Assembly (NCBI GenBank): GCA_965228735.1
Contig: OZ245838.1
Coordinates: 928,001-992,000, forward strand
Origin: Planctomycetota bacterium
GTDB taxonomy: Bacteria > Planctomycetota > UBA1135 > UBA2386
DNA: 64,000 nucleotides
Direction: 5' to 3'
Part shown: positions 11,535 to 21,895 of the stretch, piece after piece
Layout: each line of letters begins with the position of its first letter
Position numbering within the stretch: position 1 is the stretch's first letter
Notes under the pieces: generated by a model
Seen by the model: the letters and a program-made list of their open reading frames with translations, nothing else
Told to the model about the DNA's origin: nothing
Database searches by the model: none
Program-made: the position numbers and the translations under genes

Positions 11535-12172
11535 TCACGTCAGTATGACGTGCAGTTCGCGGGGGCCGTGGACGCCGAGCACGAGTTGGAGTTCGATGTC
11601 CGCCGTGCGGGACGGGCCCGTGACGATCGTGACCGCGTGCGCGAGCGGGCGGTCGAGCGTCTTCAGGAGTTCGCCGAGGTTGCACAGGATCCTCGCCGTA
11701 GGGAGCAGCGCGATGTGGATCGGCGGCACGAGCGAGGCCAGGCGATGGCGTTCGGCGTTGCCGTCGAGCACGAGGCTGCCCGTGTCGGCGATCGCCCACT
11801 GCGCGCTCGTGATGCCGGTCCCCGCGGTGAAGAGCTCGTCGCCGCCGCCGGTCTCGGCGAGCCAGCGGACGCCGCGCAGCTCGGGAGCAGCGCGCAGCTC
11901 GCGCACGGCCGGCGAATCGCTCACGGCGACGAAGGCGTCGGCTGCGCCGTGCTGGTCGAGCAGCGCCGCGACCGTGGGACCGGCCGGATCGGAATGCAGG
12001 TGGCCGCCGACGGCGCGCAGCCGTTCGCCGAAACGCTCGACCCGCTCCTGGATCGACAGGTCGACCCGACCGAGCAGCGGCACGGGCGGCGGCGCGGGCG
12101 GGCGTGGTGGCGTTGCGGTTTCGCGGCGGCCGAGGTGGCCGCGGACGGACTCGAGGATGGCGTCGCGCGCGT

Positions 12173-12176
<4 letters not shown>
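11535..12176 (-). CDS. lutC: Lactate utilization protein C (LUD domain)
   Basis: AIADTGSL...SLVPPIHIA...GPSRTADIELQLVLGVHGP; its ATG overlaps the lutB stop. Confidence 0.92.
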
Positions 12177-13599
<1,423 letters not shown>

Positions 13600-13600
<1 letters not shown>

Positions 13601-14325
13601 CAGAACGCGCCCTCGGTGAGCACCTCGGCGAGATGCATCGTCCGCACGGCAATGCCGCGCCGCTCGAGGCGGCCGCGCAGGTGCAGCAGACAACTCGCGT
13701 CGCCGCTCGCGAGGACCTCGACCCCGTCCTCGGGCAGGCGATCGAGCTTGTGGTCCGCGATCGCAACGGACAGGTCTGGCAGCTTGATCGCGAACGTGCC
13801 GCCGAACCCGCAGCACGCCTTGGCAGCGGCGAACTCGACGACCTCGACGCCCGGGACCGTCGCGAGCAGTCGCCGCGGGCCGTCCTCGATGCCGAGCTCG
13901 CGCAATGCATGGCACGCGTCGTGCCACGCGACGCGGCCCTGGAACGAGCCGGGGGCGCGATCGAGGCCGCGCTGCAGCAGGAACTCGCCGAGCTCGACCG
14001 CGGACCTGGCGAGGTGCTCCGCGCGTTCGCGCCACGCGGCGTCATCGTCGAAGAGCCCGGGGTAGTGCTTGACCTGCGCGGTGCACGACCCCGACGGCGA
14101 GATCCAGAACGCCGCGCGCGAGCGTTCGAACGACTCGATCACGCGCTTCACGACCGGGATCGCGGTGCGCGGGTAGCCGCTGTTCACGAACGGCTGGCCG
14201 CAGCAACTCTGGTCGAGGTCGACGTCGACCTCACAACCAACGTGCTCGAGCAGACGCGCAGCCGCGAGGCCGATCTCGGGCCAGCACTGGTCGACGATGC
14301 AGGTCGCGTAGAGCTGGACCTTCAC
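13600..14325 (-). CDS. lutA: Lactate utilization protein A (two CCG domains)
   Basis: GTG start VKVQLYATC; SCCGQP, SGSC, HDACH, CCGFGGTF, DASCLLH. Confidence 0.93.
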
Positions 14326-15389
14326 CGCCGCGTCCCGGGCTGCCGCGGCTGGCCGCCGTCCACCGCTTCCGCCTGGCCCGAAGTCATGGCGCGGGCGATG
14401 GCGTCGAACACGCGCATGTCGGCCGTCGCCTGCTCGCCCGGGCACGGGAAGTCGTCGCGGTCGTCGATCCAGCGCGCGAAGCGGCCGTGCAGCTCGGCGG
14501 CCGCGGCCTGCTGCTCGACCGCGGCGGCGACGTCGCGCCGCAGCAACGCGAGCTCGGTCCCCGGATCGGGGTAGTCGAACACCGGGCCCCGGTACTCCTT
14601 CTTGCCCTGCAGCACGATGCGATCCCCGGCGATCCGGACGAACCCGTCGGTGCCGTGGATCGCGAACTGGTTGGCCGCGAGCAGGTGGGTCGCCGCGAAC
14701 GAACACAGCACGCCGCCGCGCAGCTGCACCGTGGCGACCGCGCTGTCGGCGGGCAGGGGCAGGAAGCCGGTCGTCGTCTGGGTCGTCACGGAGACCGGCC
14801 GGTTGCCGATCAGCCAGCTCGCGAGGTGCACGTGCGGCGCGGCCAGCTGCAGGAGCGGATGGTGCGCGATCAGGGCGTCGAGGCGCGGATCGCCGGCGGT
14901 GGGCGGCTGCCGCAGCAGCCCGTTCTCGCCCGCGAGGCTCTGGGCGTAGACGACGCCGCCGAGCCAGTCACCCGCGAGCATCTGGCGCAGCTGGTCGAAC
15001 ACCGGATCGCCCTGGGCGCGGACGAGGACGCCGAGTCTGAGGTTCGCGGCGGTCGTCGCCGCCAGCATCGCCGCAGCGTCGGCGCCCGTCAGCGCCATCG
15101 GCGCGTGCAGCAGACAGTGCACGCCCTGCGCGGCAGCGGCTTCGACCCGCGCCACGCGGTCACGGCGCGCCCCGGCGAGGATCACGACGTCGATGCCGGT
15201 CTGCAGCAGCGCGTCGAAGTCGTCGCAGCGGATCCCGACGCCGGTCTCGGCGACGAAGTGATCGAGCGTCGCGGGGTCGGCGTCGGCGACGGCGACGAGC
15301 CCGATGTCCTCCTGCAGCCGCATGCGCGCGGCGGACCACAGCGCGTCCGGCCCCGTGCCATACACTCCGGCGCGCAGTCGATCGTTCAC
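14322..15389 (-). CDS. Gfo/Idh/MocA-family oxidoreductase (divergent)
   Basis: LRAGVYGTG Rossmann start, VAVADAD, GVHCLLHAPMA in place of the EKP motif, C-terminal IHGTDG. Confidence 0.75.
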   Translation of the reverse strand: MNDRLRAGVYGTGPDALWSAARMRLQEDIGLVAVADADPATLDHFVAETGVGIRCDDFDALLQTGIDVVILAGARRDRVARVEAAAAQGVHCLLHAPMALTGADAAAMLAATTAANLRLGVLVRAQGDPVFDQLRQMLAGDWLGGVVYAQSLAGENGLLRQPPTAGDPRLDALIAHHPLLQLAAPHVHLASWLIGNRPVSVTTQTTTGFLPLPADSAVATVQLRGGVLCSFAATHLLAANQFAIHGTDGFVRIAGDRIVLQGKKEYRGPVFDYPDPGTELALLRRDVAAAVEQQAAAAELHGRFARWIDDRDDFPCPGEQATADMRVFDAIARAMTSGQAEAVDGGQPRQPGTRR

Positions 15390-16129
15390 GCCCCGAGAGT
15401 ACTGCGCCGGCGCAGGACGTCCAGTTGGCCGGTGAGCACGGCGAGGGCGGTCTCGGTCCGGAGCGGCGCGCTGCCGCACGACAGCGGCGTGAACCCGCGG
15501 CGCGCGAGCTGGTCGATCTCGTAGGGCAGCAGGCCGCCGTCGGGACCGAGCGCGAGCGCGAACGGCCGGTTCGCGGGGAGGTCGAGTTCCGCGGTCGTCG
15601 TAGTCGCGGTCGGATGCCCGACGAACCGATCGGCCGGCAGGCCGAGGCCGTCGAGCTCGTCCTCGACGAACGGCTTGAACAACGGAAAGAATCGGACGCT
15701 CGGCAGCCGCGTGCGGCCCGCCTGTTCGAGCCCCAGGACGAGTTGTTCCCGCCAGGCGGTCGGGTGCATCGCGGTGCTCGACAGCCAGCTCTTGTCGACG
15801 CGCCAGGTGCGGAGGAGCACGATGTCGGCGAAGCCGAGGGCCGCGGCGTGCGCGAGCATGCGCGCGAGGACCCGGGGGCGCGGCACCGCGAGGAGCAGAG
15901 CGTCGGTGGCCGGCGGGGCGGGCTGATCGCACGAGGCCCGCACGACCAGCTCATCCGGCGTCGCGCGTTCTACCTCGGCGGTTCCCACGCCGCCGTCGAG
16001 CACGCCGGCACGCAGCCGCTGTCCCGCCGTCGCGCCGAGCACGGTGTGGGCGTGCTCGGCCCGGCGGCCGCGGATCGTGGCGCGCCCGTCGGCATCCAGT
16101 TCGTCCGGTGTCAGGAGCAGGAGATTCAT
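15386..16129 (-). CDS. rsmE: 16S rRNA m3U1498 methyltransferase
   Basis: AVPRPR, GLEQAGRTRLP, LGPDGG, LRTETA. Confidence 0.9.
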   Translation of the reverse strand: MNLLLLTPDELDADGRATIRGRRAEHAHTVLGATAGQRLRAGVLDGGVGTAEVERATPDELVVRASCDQPAPPATDALLLAVPRPRVLARMLAHAAALGFADIVLLRTWRVDKSWLSSTAMHPTAWREQLVLGLEQAGRTRLPSVRFFPLFKPFVEDELDGLGLPADRFVGHPTATTTTAELDLPANRPFALALGPDGGLLPYEIDQLARRGFTPLSCGSAPLRTETALAVLTGQLDVLRRRSTLGA

Positions 16130-16163
16130 GCGCTGGCGCGGTCGGCAACCGCCACGTCGGACC

Positions 16164-16378
16164 TTAACCCGCTTCGCTCACCAGGATCGCGGGCCAGTGC
16201 GTCGAAATCGGTCGTGAGCAAGGAAGACGAGGAAAGTCCGCGGAAGCGGGTCGGTGGACCCGCTGAGCAGACTGACCGAGCCCGCCTCGCGGGCGGCCGG
16301 CGAACGCCGGCCGTCTGACGCAGCTCACGGGCGATTGCGGCGTGGTGGCGCGTGATCCTGGTGAGCGAAGCGGGTTAA
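16164..16378. mobile_element. MITE-like non-coding element, 215 bp, with perfect 25-bp terminal inverted repeats bounded by TTAA
   Basis: TTAACCCGCTTCGCTCACCAGGATC (16164-16188) and its exact reverse complement (16354-16378); several internal hairpins; no credible ORF. Confidence 0.78.
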
Positions 16379-16426
16379 CGGCAAGGGCGGATGCCCGGGC
16401 GCCCGGTTCGGCGTAGCGTTCACGAT

Positions 16427-17710
16427 ATGCCGACCACCCGTGTCCGCCGGTCCGTTCTCCTGGCCTTCCTCGTTCTCGCTGGCTGCGCGATGGGCCACGG
16501 TGGGCTCGACCGCGCGCGCCACGACGAGACCAGGCACTGGTTCAAGGGCAACCTCCACACCCATTCGCTGTGGAGCGACGGCAACGACTTCCCCGAGGTG
16601 ATCTCGCGCTGGTACAAGGACCAGGGCTACGACTTCCTCGCGATCTCGGATCACAACCGCCTGCAGGAGGGCGAGCGCTGGATGAAGGTCGACGATGTCG
16701 TCCGCCGCGGCGGCCGGACGGGACTCAAGCGCTATCGCGAGCAGTTCGGGCGCGACTGGGTGCAGACCCGCGAGACCGACGGCAAGCTCGAGGTGCGGCT
16801 CCGGCCGCTGGCCGAGTATCGCGGGCTGCTCGAGGTGCCCGGCGAGTTCCTGCTCGTGCAGAGCGAGGAGATCACCGACAAGTTCACCGTGCACATGAAC
16901 GCGACGAACATCCAGGCGAAGATCGCGCCGCAGGGTGGCGCGAACGTGCGCGACGTGATGCGCAACAACCTGCGCGCGGTCGCCGAGCAGAGCCACGAGC
17001 ACGGCGAGCCGATCGTGCTGCACCTCAATCACCCCAACTTCGGATGGGCGGTGACTGCCGAGGACCTGGCGCACGTGACCGAGGAGAAGTTCTTCGAGAT
17101 CTACAACGGCCACCCGTCCGTGCATCAACGTGGCGACCACGTCCATTGCTCGGTCGAGATGATGTGGGACATCGCCAACACGCTGCGCATCGGCGAGCTG
17201 AGAGCGGAGCCGCTGTTTGGGCTCGGTACGGACGACTCGCACAACTACTTCAACGCCTCGGGGAGCACGCCAGGGCGTGGCTGGGTCATGGTGCGCGCGG
17301 CCGAGCTCACCCCGCGGGCGCTCTGCGAAGCCCTCACGGCGGGGGACTTCTACGCGTCGAGCGGCGTGCTGCTCGACGAGGTCGCGTTCGACGGCAAGTT
17401 CTTGCGGCTCGAGATCGACGCGCAGGATGGCGTGACCTACACGACCGAGTTCCGCGGCACGCGTCGGACGTGGGATCAGACGACCGAGATCGTCGAGCAC
17501 GACGGGCACCGCCACGAGAACGTGACGCGGCGCTACAGCGACGACGTCGGCGAGGTCTTCGCGACCGTCGCGGGCCCGTCGCCGAAGTACGAGCTGGGTG
17601 GCGACGAGCTCTATGTCCGCGCGATCGTCACCGCGAGCATCGCGCCGCAGAACCCGGTATGGGACGGGCAACGGGCGCAGGCCTGGACGCAGCCCGTCGG
17701 CTGGCGGTAG
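16427..17710 (+). CDS. PHP-domain (CehA/McbA-like) metallohydrolase lipoprotein
   Basis: LAGC lipobox; KGNLHTHSLWSDG, SDHN, NHPN, EIYNGH, TDDSH metal ligands. Confidence 0.85.
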   Translation: MPTTRVRRSVLLAFLVLAGCAMGHGGLDRARHDETRHWFKGNLHTHSLWSDGNDFPEVISRWYKDQGYDFLAISDHNRLQEGERWMKVDDVVRRGGRTGLKRYREQFGRDWVQTRETDGKLEVRLRPLAEYRGLLEVPGEFLLVQSEEITDKFTVHMNATNIQAKIAPQGGANVRDVMRNNLRAVAEQSHEHGEPIVLHLNHPNFGWAVTAEDLAHVTEEKFFEIYNGHPSVHQRGDHVHCSVEMMWDIANTLRIGELRAEPLFGLGTDDSHNYFNASGSTPGRGWVMVRAAELTPRALCEALTAGDFYASSGVLLDEVAFDGKFLRLEIDAQDGVTYTTEFRGTRRTWDQTTEIVEHDGHRHENVTRRYSDDVGEVFATVAGPSPKYELGGDELYVRAIVTASIAPQNPVWDGQRAQAWTQPVGWR

Positions 17711-17736
17711 GGGTTGCGCCGGGTATCGTCGCGCCG

Positions 17737-18129
17737 ATGCCGAAGTTCCTCCTCGTGATGCGCGGCGACCCGACGATCTGGCAGCAGCGCGAGCCGGCCG
17801 CGATCGAAGAGCTGATCCAGAAGTTCGAATCGTGGGCTGGCCGCATGGTCGGCGCGGGGCGGTTCCTCGACGGCAAGAAGCTCGCCGACGGCGAGGGCGT
17901 CGTGCTGCAGTCGGGCGCTGCGGCCGGTCAGGAGGTCCGCGTCACCGACGGGCCGTTCGGCGAGACCAAGGAGCTCGTCGGCGGCTTCCACCTGATCGAG
18001 GCCGACAGCTACGACCACGCGGTCGAGCTGTGCCGCGATCACCCCGGTCTCTTGCTCGGCAGCATCGAGATCCGCCGCCTGGATCCGATGGGCGAGTCCG
18101 GGGGCGAGTCCGGGGGCGAGAGTGGCTGA
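17737..18129 (+). CDS. YciI-family (DGPF) protein
   Basis: MPKFLLVM...VTDGPFGETKELVGGF...IEIR. Confidence 0.9.
   Translation: MPKFLLVMRGDPTIWQQREPAAIEELIQKFESWAGRMVGAGRFLDGKKLADGEGVVLQSGAAAGQEVRVTDGPFGETKELVGGFHLIEADSYDHAVELCRDHPGLLLGSIEIRRLDPMGESGGESGGESG
18091..18126 (+). repeat. 12-bp tandem repeat x3 encoding GESG at the YciI C-terminus
   Basis: GGCGAGTCCGGG GGCGAGTCCGGG GGCGAGAGTGGC. Confidence 0.8.
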
Positions 18130-18144
18130 AGCCGGCGACGGACT

Positions 18145-19680
18145 TCAGCGCTGGTAGATCTCGGCCGTGGGCAGCCCGCCGCCGACGACGAGGATCGTGC
18201 CGTCGGGCAACGGCACGGTCACCGGGAACGCGCGCGGCGCGCTCATCGCGCCGGTCGGCTGGAGCGTGTTCGGGTTGATCGTGAACACATCGGCCGTGGC
18301 GGTCGGTGCGAACACGAACTGCTGGCTGGCCACGTCGATGGTGAGCTCGAACCCGCCGGCGACGAGGGCGCCGCCGTTCGGCAGCGGTGCGATGGCCGCG
18401 CCGGCGCGACCCTGCTGCAGGCCGGGCACGGTCTGGAACGTTCCGAAGCCGAACGTGCCGACGGTGTAGAGCTGACAGTTCGTGATGGTGCCGAAGATGA
18501 TGTCGAGGATGTTCCCGGTCTGCAGGAACGTCGACAGATCGAGCGAGATGCCGCCCGCGATCAGCACCTTGCCGTTGTCGAGCGCCGTCGCCGTGTGCAG
18601 GAAGCGTCCGCCCTGGAAGAACGCCGGCAGGCCGAAGCCGTTCGTCGCAGGATTGAAGCGATACGCGGTGTTGGACACCGTCGGCAGGTTGATGATCGGG
18701 AGCAGGGTGATGCCGCCGGCGATGAGCACCTGACCGTTCGTGAGCGTCGTGGCGGTGTGCAGCGCGCGCGCTTCGAGCATGTTCGGGCCGTTGGAGAACG
18801 TGCCGGTCTGGGGATCGAAGAACTCCGTCGAGTTCAGCACGCCGGTGAACAGGCTCAGCGGGTTGGTGAGATCGAACGACTGCGAGCCACCGGTGATCAG
18901 CACCCGGCCGTCGTCGAGCAGGCTCGCCCCGTGACCGGCGCGCGCGACCGCCATCGCGATCGTCGTCGTCGTCTGGGCCACGGGATCGTAGATCGCGGCG
19001 GCGGTCGTCGGTTGGCCGGTCACGAGATCGAGGCCGCCGGTGAAGAGCACGCGCCCGTCCGCGAGCGCCGTCGTCTGGCCGAGCAGTCCGACGCCGAACG
19101 TCGTGCCCGCGGCTTCCCATTCCTCGAGCCGCTCGGAGTAGCGCTGCGCGGCCGGGCCGGAGCCGCCGACGAACAGGAAGTCGCCGTCGCCCTCGGGGGC
19201 AGCACCACCGCCGAGGATCGGCAGCACGGGCGCGTTGAGCGCCGGCGCGAACGTGCCGGCGGCCTGTGGCGTGAGGCGCACGAGATTGCTCGCGCGGAAC
19301 GGGCCGATGCCGACGACGGCCTGCAGGGACACGGTCAACGCCGTCAACGCGGGGTCGGGCGGCAGGATCAGGCTCGCCGTCGCCATGCCTTGGGGATCGG
19401 TGTTCGAGAAGAACCCCGGCAGCGTGAACGACGACGCGGCCCAGATGTCGCGGATCTCGAGCGTCAGACCGAGCGCGGGCACGGGCGTCGGTTGTTCGAG
19501 GAAGTCGAACAACACGATGAACGTCTCGTTCGGGTTGGCGACGACGTGGAACGACGCGTCGCCACCGAGCGCGCCGCCGGTCTTGTCCAGGGTCACGTTC
19601 TGGGCGGTCGAGACGGACGCAACAGCGGCGGCGAAGAACGCGGTGCGAGCGGTGGCGAGGGAGCGCATGGCGCGGATCAT
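18145..19680 (-). CDS. Secreted Kelch-repeat beta-propeller protein
   Basis: Signal peptide and repeated R..H(T)A(T).L.DG.VLI.GG motifs. The start could instead be the ATG at 19668. Confidence 0.85.
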   Translation of the reverse strand: MIRAMRSLATARTAFFAAAVASVSTAQNVTLDKTGGALGGDASFHVVANPNETFIVLFDFLEQPTPVPALGLTLEIRDIWAASSFTLPGFFSNTDPQGMATASLILPPDPALTALTVSLQAVVGIGPFRASNLVRLTPQAAGTFAPALNAPVLPILGGGAAPEGDGDFLFVGGSGPAAQRYSERLEEWEAAGTTFGVGLLGQTTALADGRVLFTGGLDLVTGQPTTAAAIYDPVAQTTTTIAMAVARAGHGASLLDDGRVLITGGSQSFDLTNPLSLFTGVLNSTEFFDPQTGTFSNGPNMLEARALHTATTLTNGQVLIAGGITLLPIINLPTVSNTAYRFNPATNGFGLPAFFQGGRFLHTATALDNGKVLIAGGISLDLSTFLQTGNILDIIFGTITNCQLYTVGTFGFGTFQTVPGLQQGRAGAAIAPLPNGGALVAGGFELTIDVASQQFVFAPTATADVFTINPNTLQPTGAMSAPRAFPVTVPLPDGTILVVGGGLPTAEIYQR

Positions 19681-19936
19681 GCGGCCACCTCGCGCTTGCC
19701 GCCAGCCGGTAGGCTCGCCCGTGCGGTCGACGATTGGGCGGTTACGGCGAGCCGTGACCCGAAACCGGCGATCGTCTCGACCACGGACGCCGCTGTTGCC
19801 GCGTTGGCATGGCGCCGTCGGAAAACCGTCGTGCGTCCGACGCCCGGGGCAGTGGAGGCATGGTCTCGTTCCCGGTAGGCTTCCACACCCCTGCGCGCGA
19901 CCGCCGGTTCACGACCTTCGCCGTACTCGATATCGC

Positions 19937-21724
19937 ATGACGCGACTCTGGTTCCTTTGTCTCACCCTCGCCGTCGCGTTCGCGGCGCCCGCGCAGTCGG
20001 ATCCGACGAGCACGAGTCTCAGCGGCCTCACGTTGTTCAACAACCCGGACTGCGAAGGCGTGCCGCGGCACTGGCAGTGGCCCCTGCCGCCGGACGCGTG
20101 TCATCGCGCGACGGTGCTCAGCATCCTCGGAGAACGCGAACTCGCGCCCGCGGTGCGGCCGTTCTCCTACGTCACGGGCCACACGGACCCGGCGACCGGC
20201 CGCGAGTTCGCGCTGCTGAGCGCGATCAACGGCCTCGTGATCGTCGATACGCACGTGATCTCCGAGTTCGGGCCGACGCGACTCGTGCCGAACTACTGGG
20301 TGCTGCTCGACGGCGTGCAGGCGGTGCATCGCGGGACCGCGTCGTTCGGTGAGTACGTCTACGAATCGAATGCCTTTCGACCGTCGCTGCGCGTCGCGCG
20401 CGTCGACGTCGTGCCGGGCCCGACGACGAGCGTGTCGGTGACGCAGCTGCCCGACGTGCCGCTGCCGGCGATCGGAACGTCGTATCGCCTGACCGTCGAT
20501 CGTGAGCGGGGCCACCTCTACGTGCCGACGATCAACGGCCTGTTCATCTACGACGTCAACGGCACGAACGGCGCGACGCCGCAGCTGCTCGCGGTGTGGA
20601 AGGGCTGGTTGCCCGGCGGCGGCATCGTGCCGTCGTTCGACGTGCATCTGCAGCGGGACGGCGCCACGACGCGGGCGATCGTGTCGGAGTATCTGTCGAC
20701 GGCCGCGACCCACATCTCCATCCTGGACGTGACGAATCTGCCGGTTGGCAGCCCGCCCGTCGATCCCTGGACGCCGACCAACTGGTGCTCGTTCGTCGCC
20801 GGCTTGCCGATGTCGGGCGCGGCGCACAGCGCCTGGATGACGAAGGACGGGCGCTACCTGTACAGCTCGCTCGGTGACGTCGTGACGGTGCCCTACGACA
20901 TGCTGGGCTTTCCGTTCTACAACGCCAACCGGGTGTTGACGATCTCGGAGGGGCCGCCGCGCGTGCCGCTCACGGGGTCGAACCCGACGAGCTACGTGAC
21001 GTGGCCGCAGTCTCCGATGCGTCAGATGGCGATGCTCGGACTCGGATACACGGCCTACGTGTCGTCCTGGGAGGATGGACTCGTCGTCTACGATGCGCGG
21101 CCGACCAACACCGATCCGAATCAGATCCTCGCGTCGGTCGACACGTGCTTCAGCTCGTCGAGTCAGCCGTACGGCGGGCCGACGTGGCACACGCTGTATC
21201 CCGGCGCATTCGCCGTCCACCGGTCGCAGGACTCGGGGGTGATCTACGTCAGCGACGAGACCAACGGGCTGTTCCTCGTGCGGCTCAACGTCGGGCACGT
21301 GCACCGCTTCGGCCAGGGTGTCGGCGAGCTTCACAACGGTGAGGTGCTCGTGCCGAGGATCGTCTCGGACCAGGCCCCGCCGCGGCAGCATCCGGGCTGG
21401 AACCCCGACCCGGACCAGAAGCTCACGGTCGAGAATCTCGTGCCCGGCCGCGCCGTCCTCGTGCTGGCTGGCACGGAGGGCCGCGTGTCACCGTTGCCGT
21501 TCCCGACCGCGGCCGGCCCGTGCCTCAACTACCTCGGCGGGTTCGTCACCCAGACGCCGATCTTCCTGACTGCGGATGCGTCGGGAACGGCCAAGCTGCC
21601 GCTGCCGCCGGGTCTTCCGGAGCAGTTCCGGCTGTTCGTGCAGGCGTGGTCGTTCGTGCCGAGCACGACGACGTGCATGGCGAGCACGCGCGGGACGTTC
21701 TTCGGCATCGCTCGGCCCCGCTAG
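19937..21724 (+). CDS. Secreted LVIVD/choice-of-anchor-B-like beta-propeller protein with C-terminal beta domain
   Basis: MTRLWFLCLTLAVAFAAPAQ signal; TGREFAL, GLVIVD, GLFIYDV, AHSAW, YVSSWEDGLVVYD, IYVSDETNGLFLV. Confidence 0.72.
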   Translation: MTRLWFLCLTLAVAFAAPAQSDPTSTSLSGLTLFNNPDCEGVPRHWQWPLPPDACHRATVLSILGERELAPAVRPFSYVTGHTDPATGREFALLSAINGLVIVDTHVISEFGPTRLVPNYWVLLDGVQAVHRGTASFGEYVYESNAFRPSLRVARVDVVPGPTTSVSVTQLPDVPLPAIGTSYRLTVDRERGHLYVPTINGLFIYDVNGTNGATPQLLAVWKGWLPGGGIVPSFDVHLQRDGATTRAIVSEYLSTAATHISILDVTNLPVGSPPVDPWTPTNWCSFVAGLPMSGAAHSAWMTKDGRYLYSSLGDVVTVPYDMLGFPFYNANRVLTISEGPPRVPLTGSNPTSYVTWPQSPMRQMAMLGLGYTAYVSSWEDGLVVYDARPTNTDPNQILASVDTCFSSSSQPYGGPTWHTLYPGAFAVHRSQDSGVIYVSDETNGLFLVRLNVGHVHRFGQGVGELHNGEVLVPRIVSDQAPPRQHPGWNPDPDQKLTVENLVPGRAVLVLAGTEGRVSPLPFPTAAGPCLNYLGGFVTQTPIFLTADASGTAKLPLPPGLPEQFRLFVQAWSFVPSTTTCMASTRGTFFGIARPR

Positions 21725-21828
21725 CCGCAGCGGCCCGGTCAGCGGTCCCGGCAGCGTCTCGCGGCGACGTGGCGGTGCCCGCCCCGGGCGCCCGGTGTCA
21801 ATGCGGGTGAATCGAAACGGCGGGTCGC

Positions 21829-21834
21829 TACACT
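21829..21834 (+). promoter_or_regulatory. Candidate sigma70 -10 box upstream of miaB-ribD
   Basis: TACACT about 60 nt upstream of the miaB GTG; no good -35 box seen. Confidence 0.3.
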
Positions 21835-21895
21835 GCTCCGCCCGCCCGACCGGGCCACCCGATCGCCCGCCCGCTTCGAGACCGACACCGACCCC

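Noticed and set aside
16229..16240. GAGGAAAGTCCG, matching the 5' conserved motif of RNase P RNA
   Set aside because: No matching 3' P4 motif (ACAGAA...CGGCTTA) follows, the region is too short, and it lies inside the TIR-bounded element.
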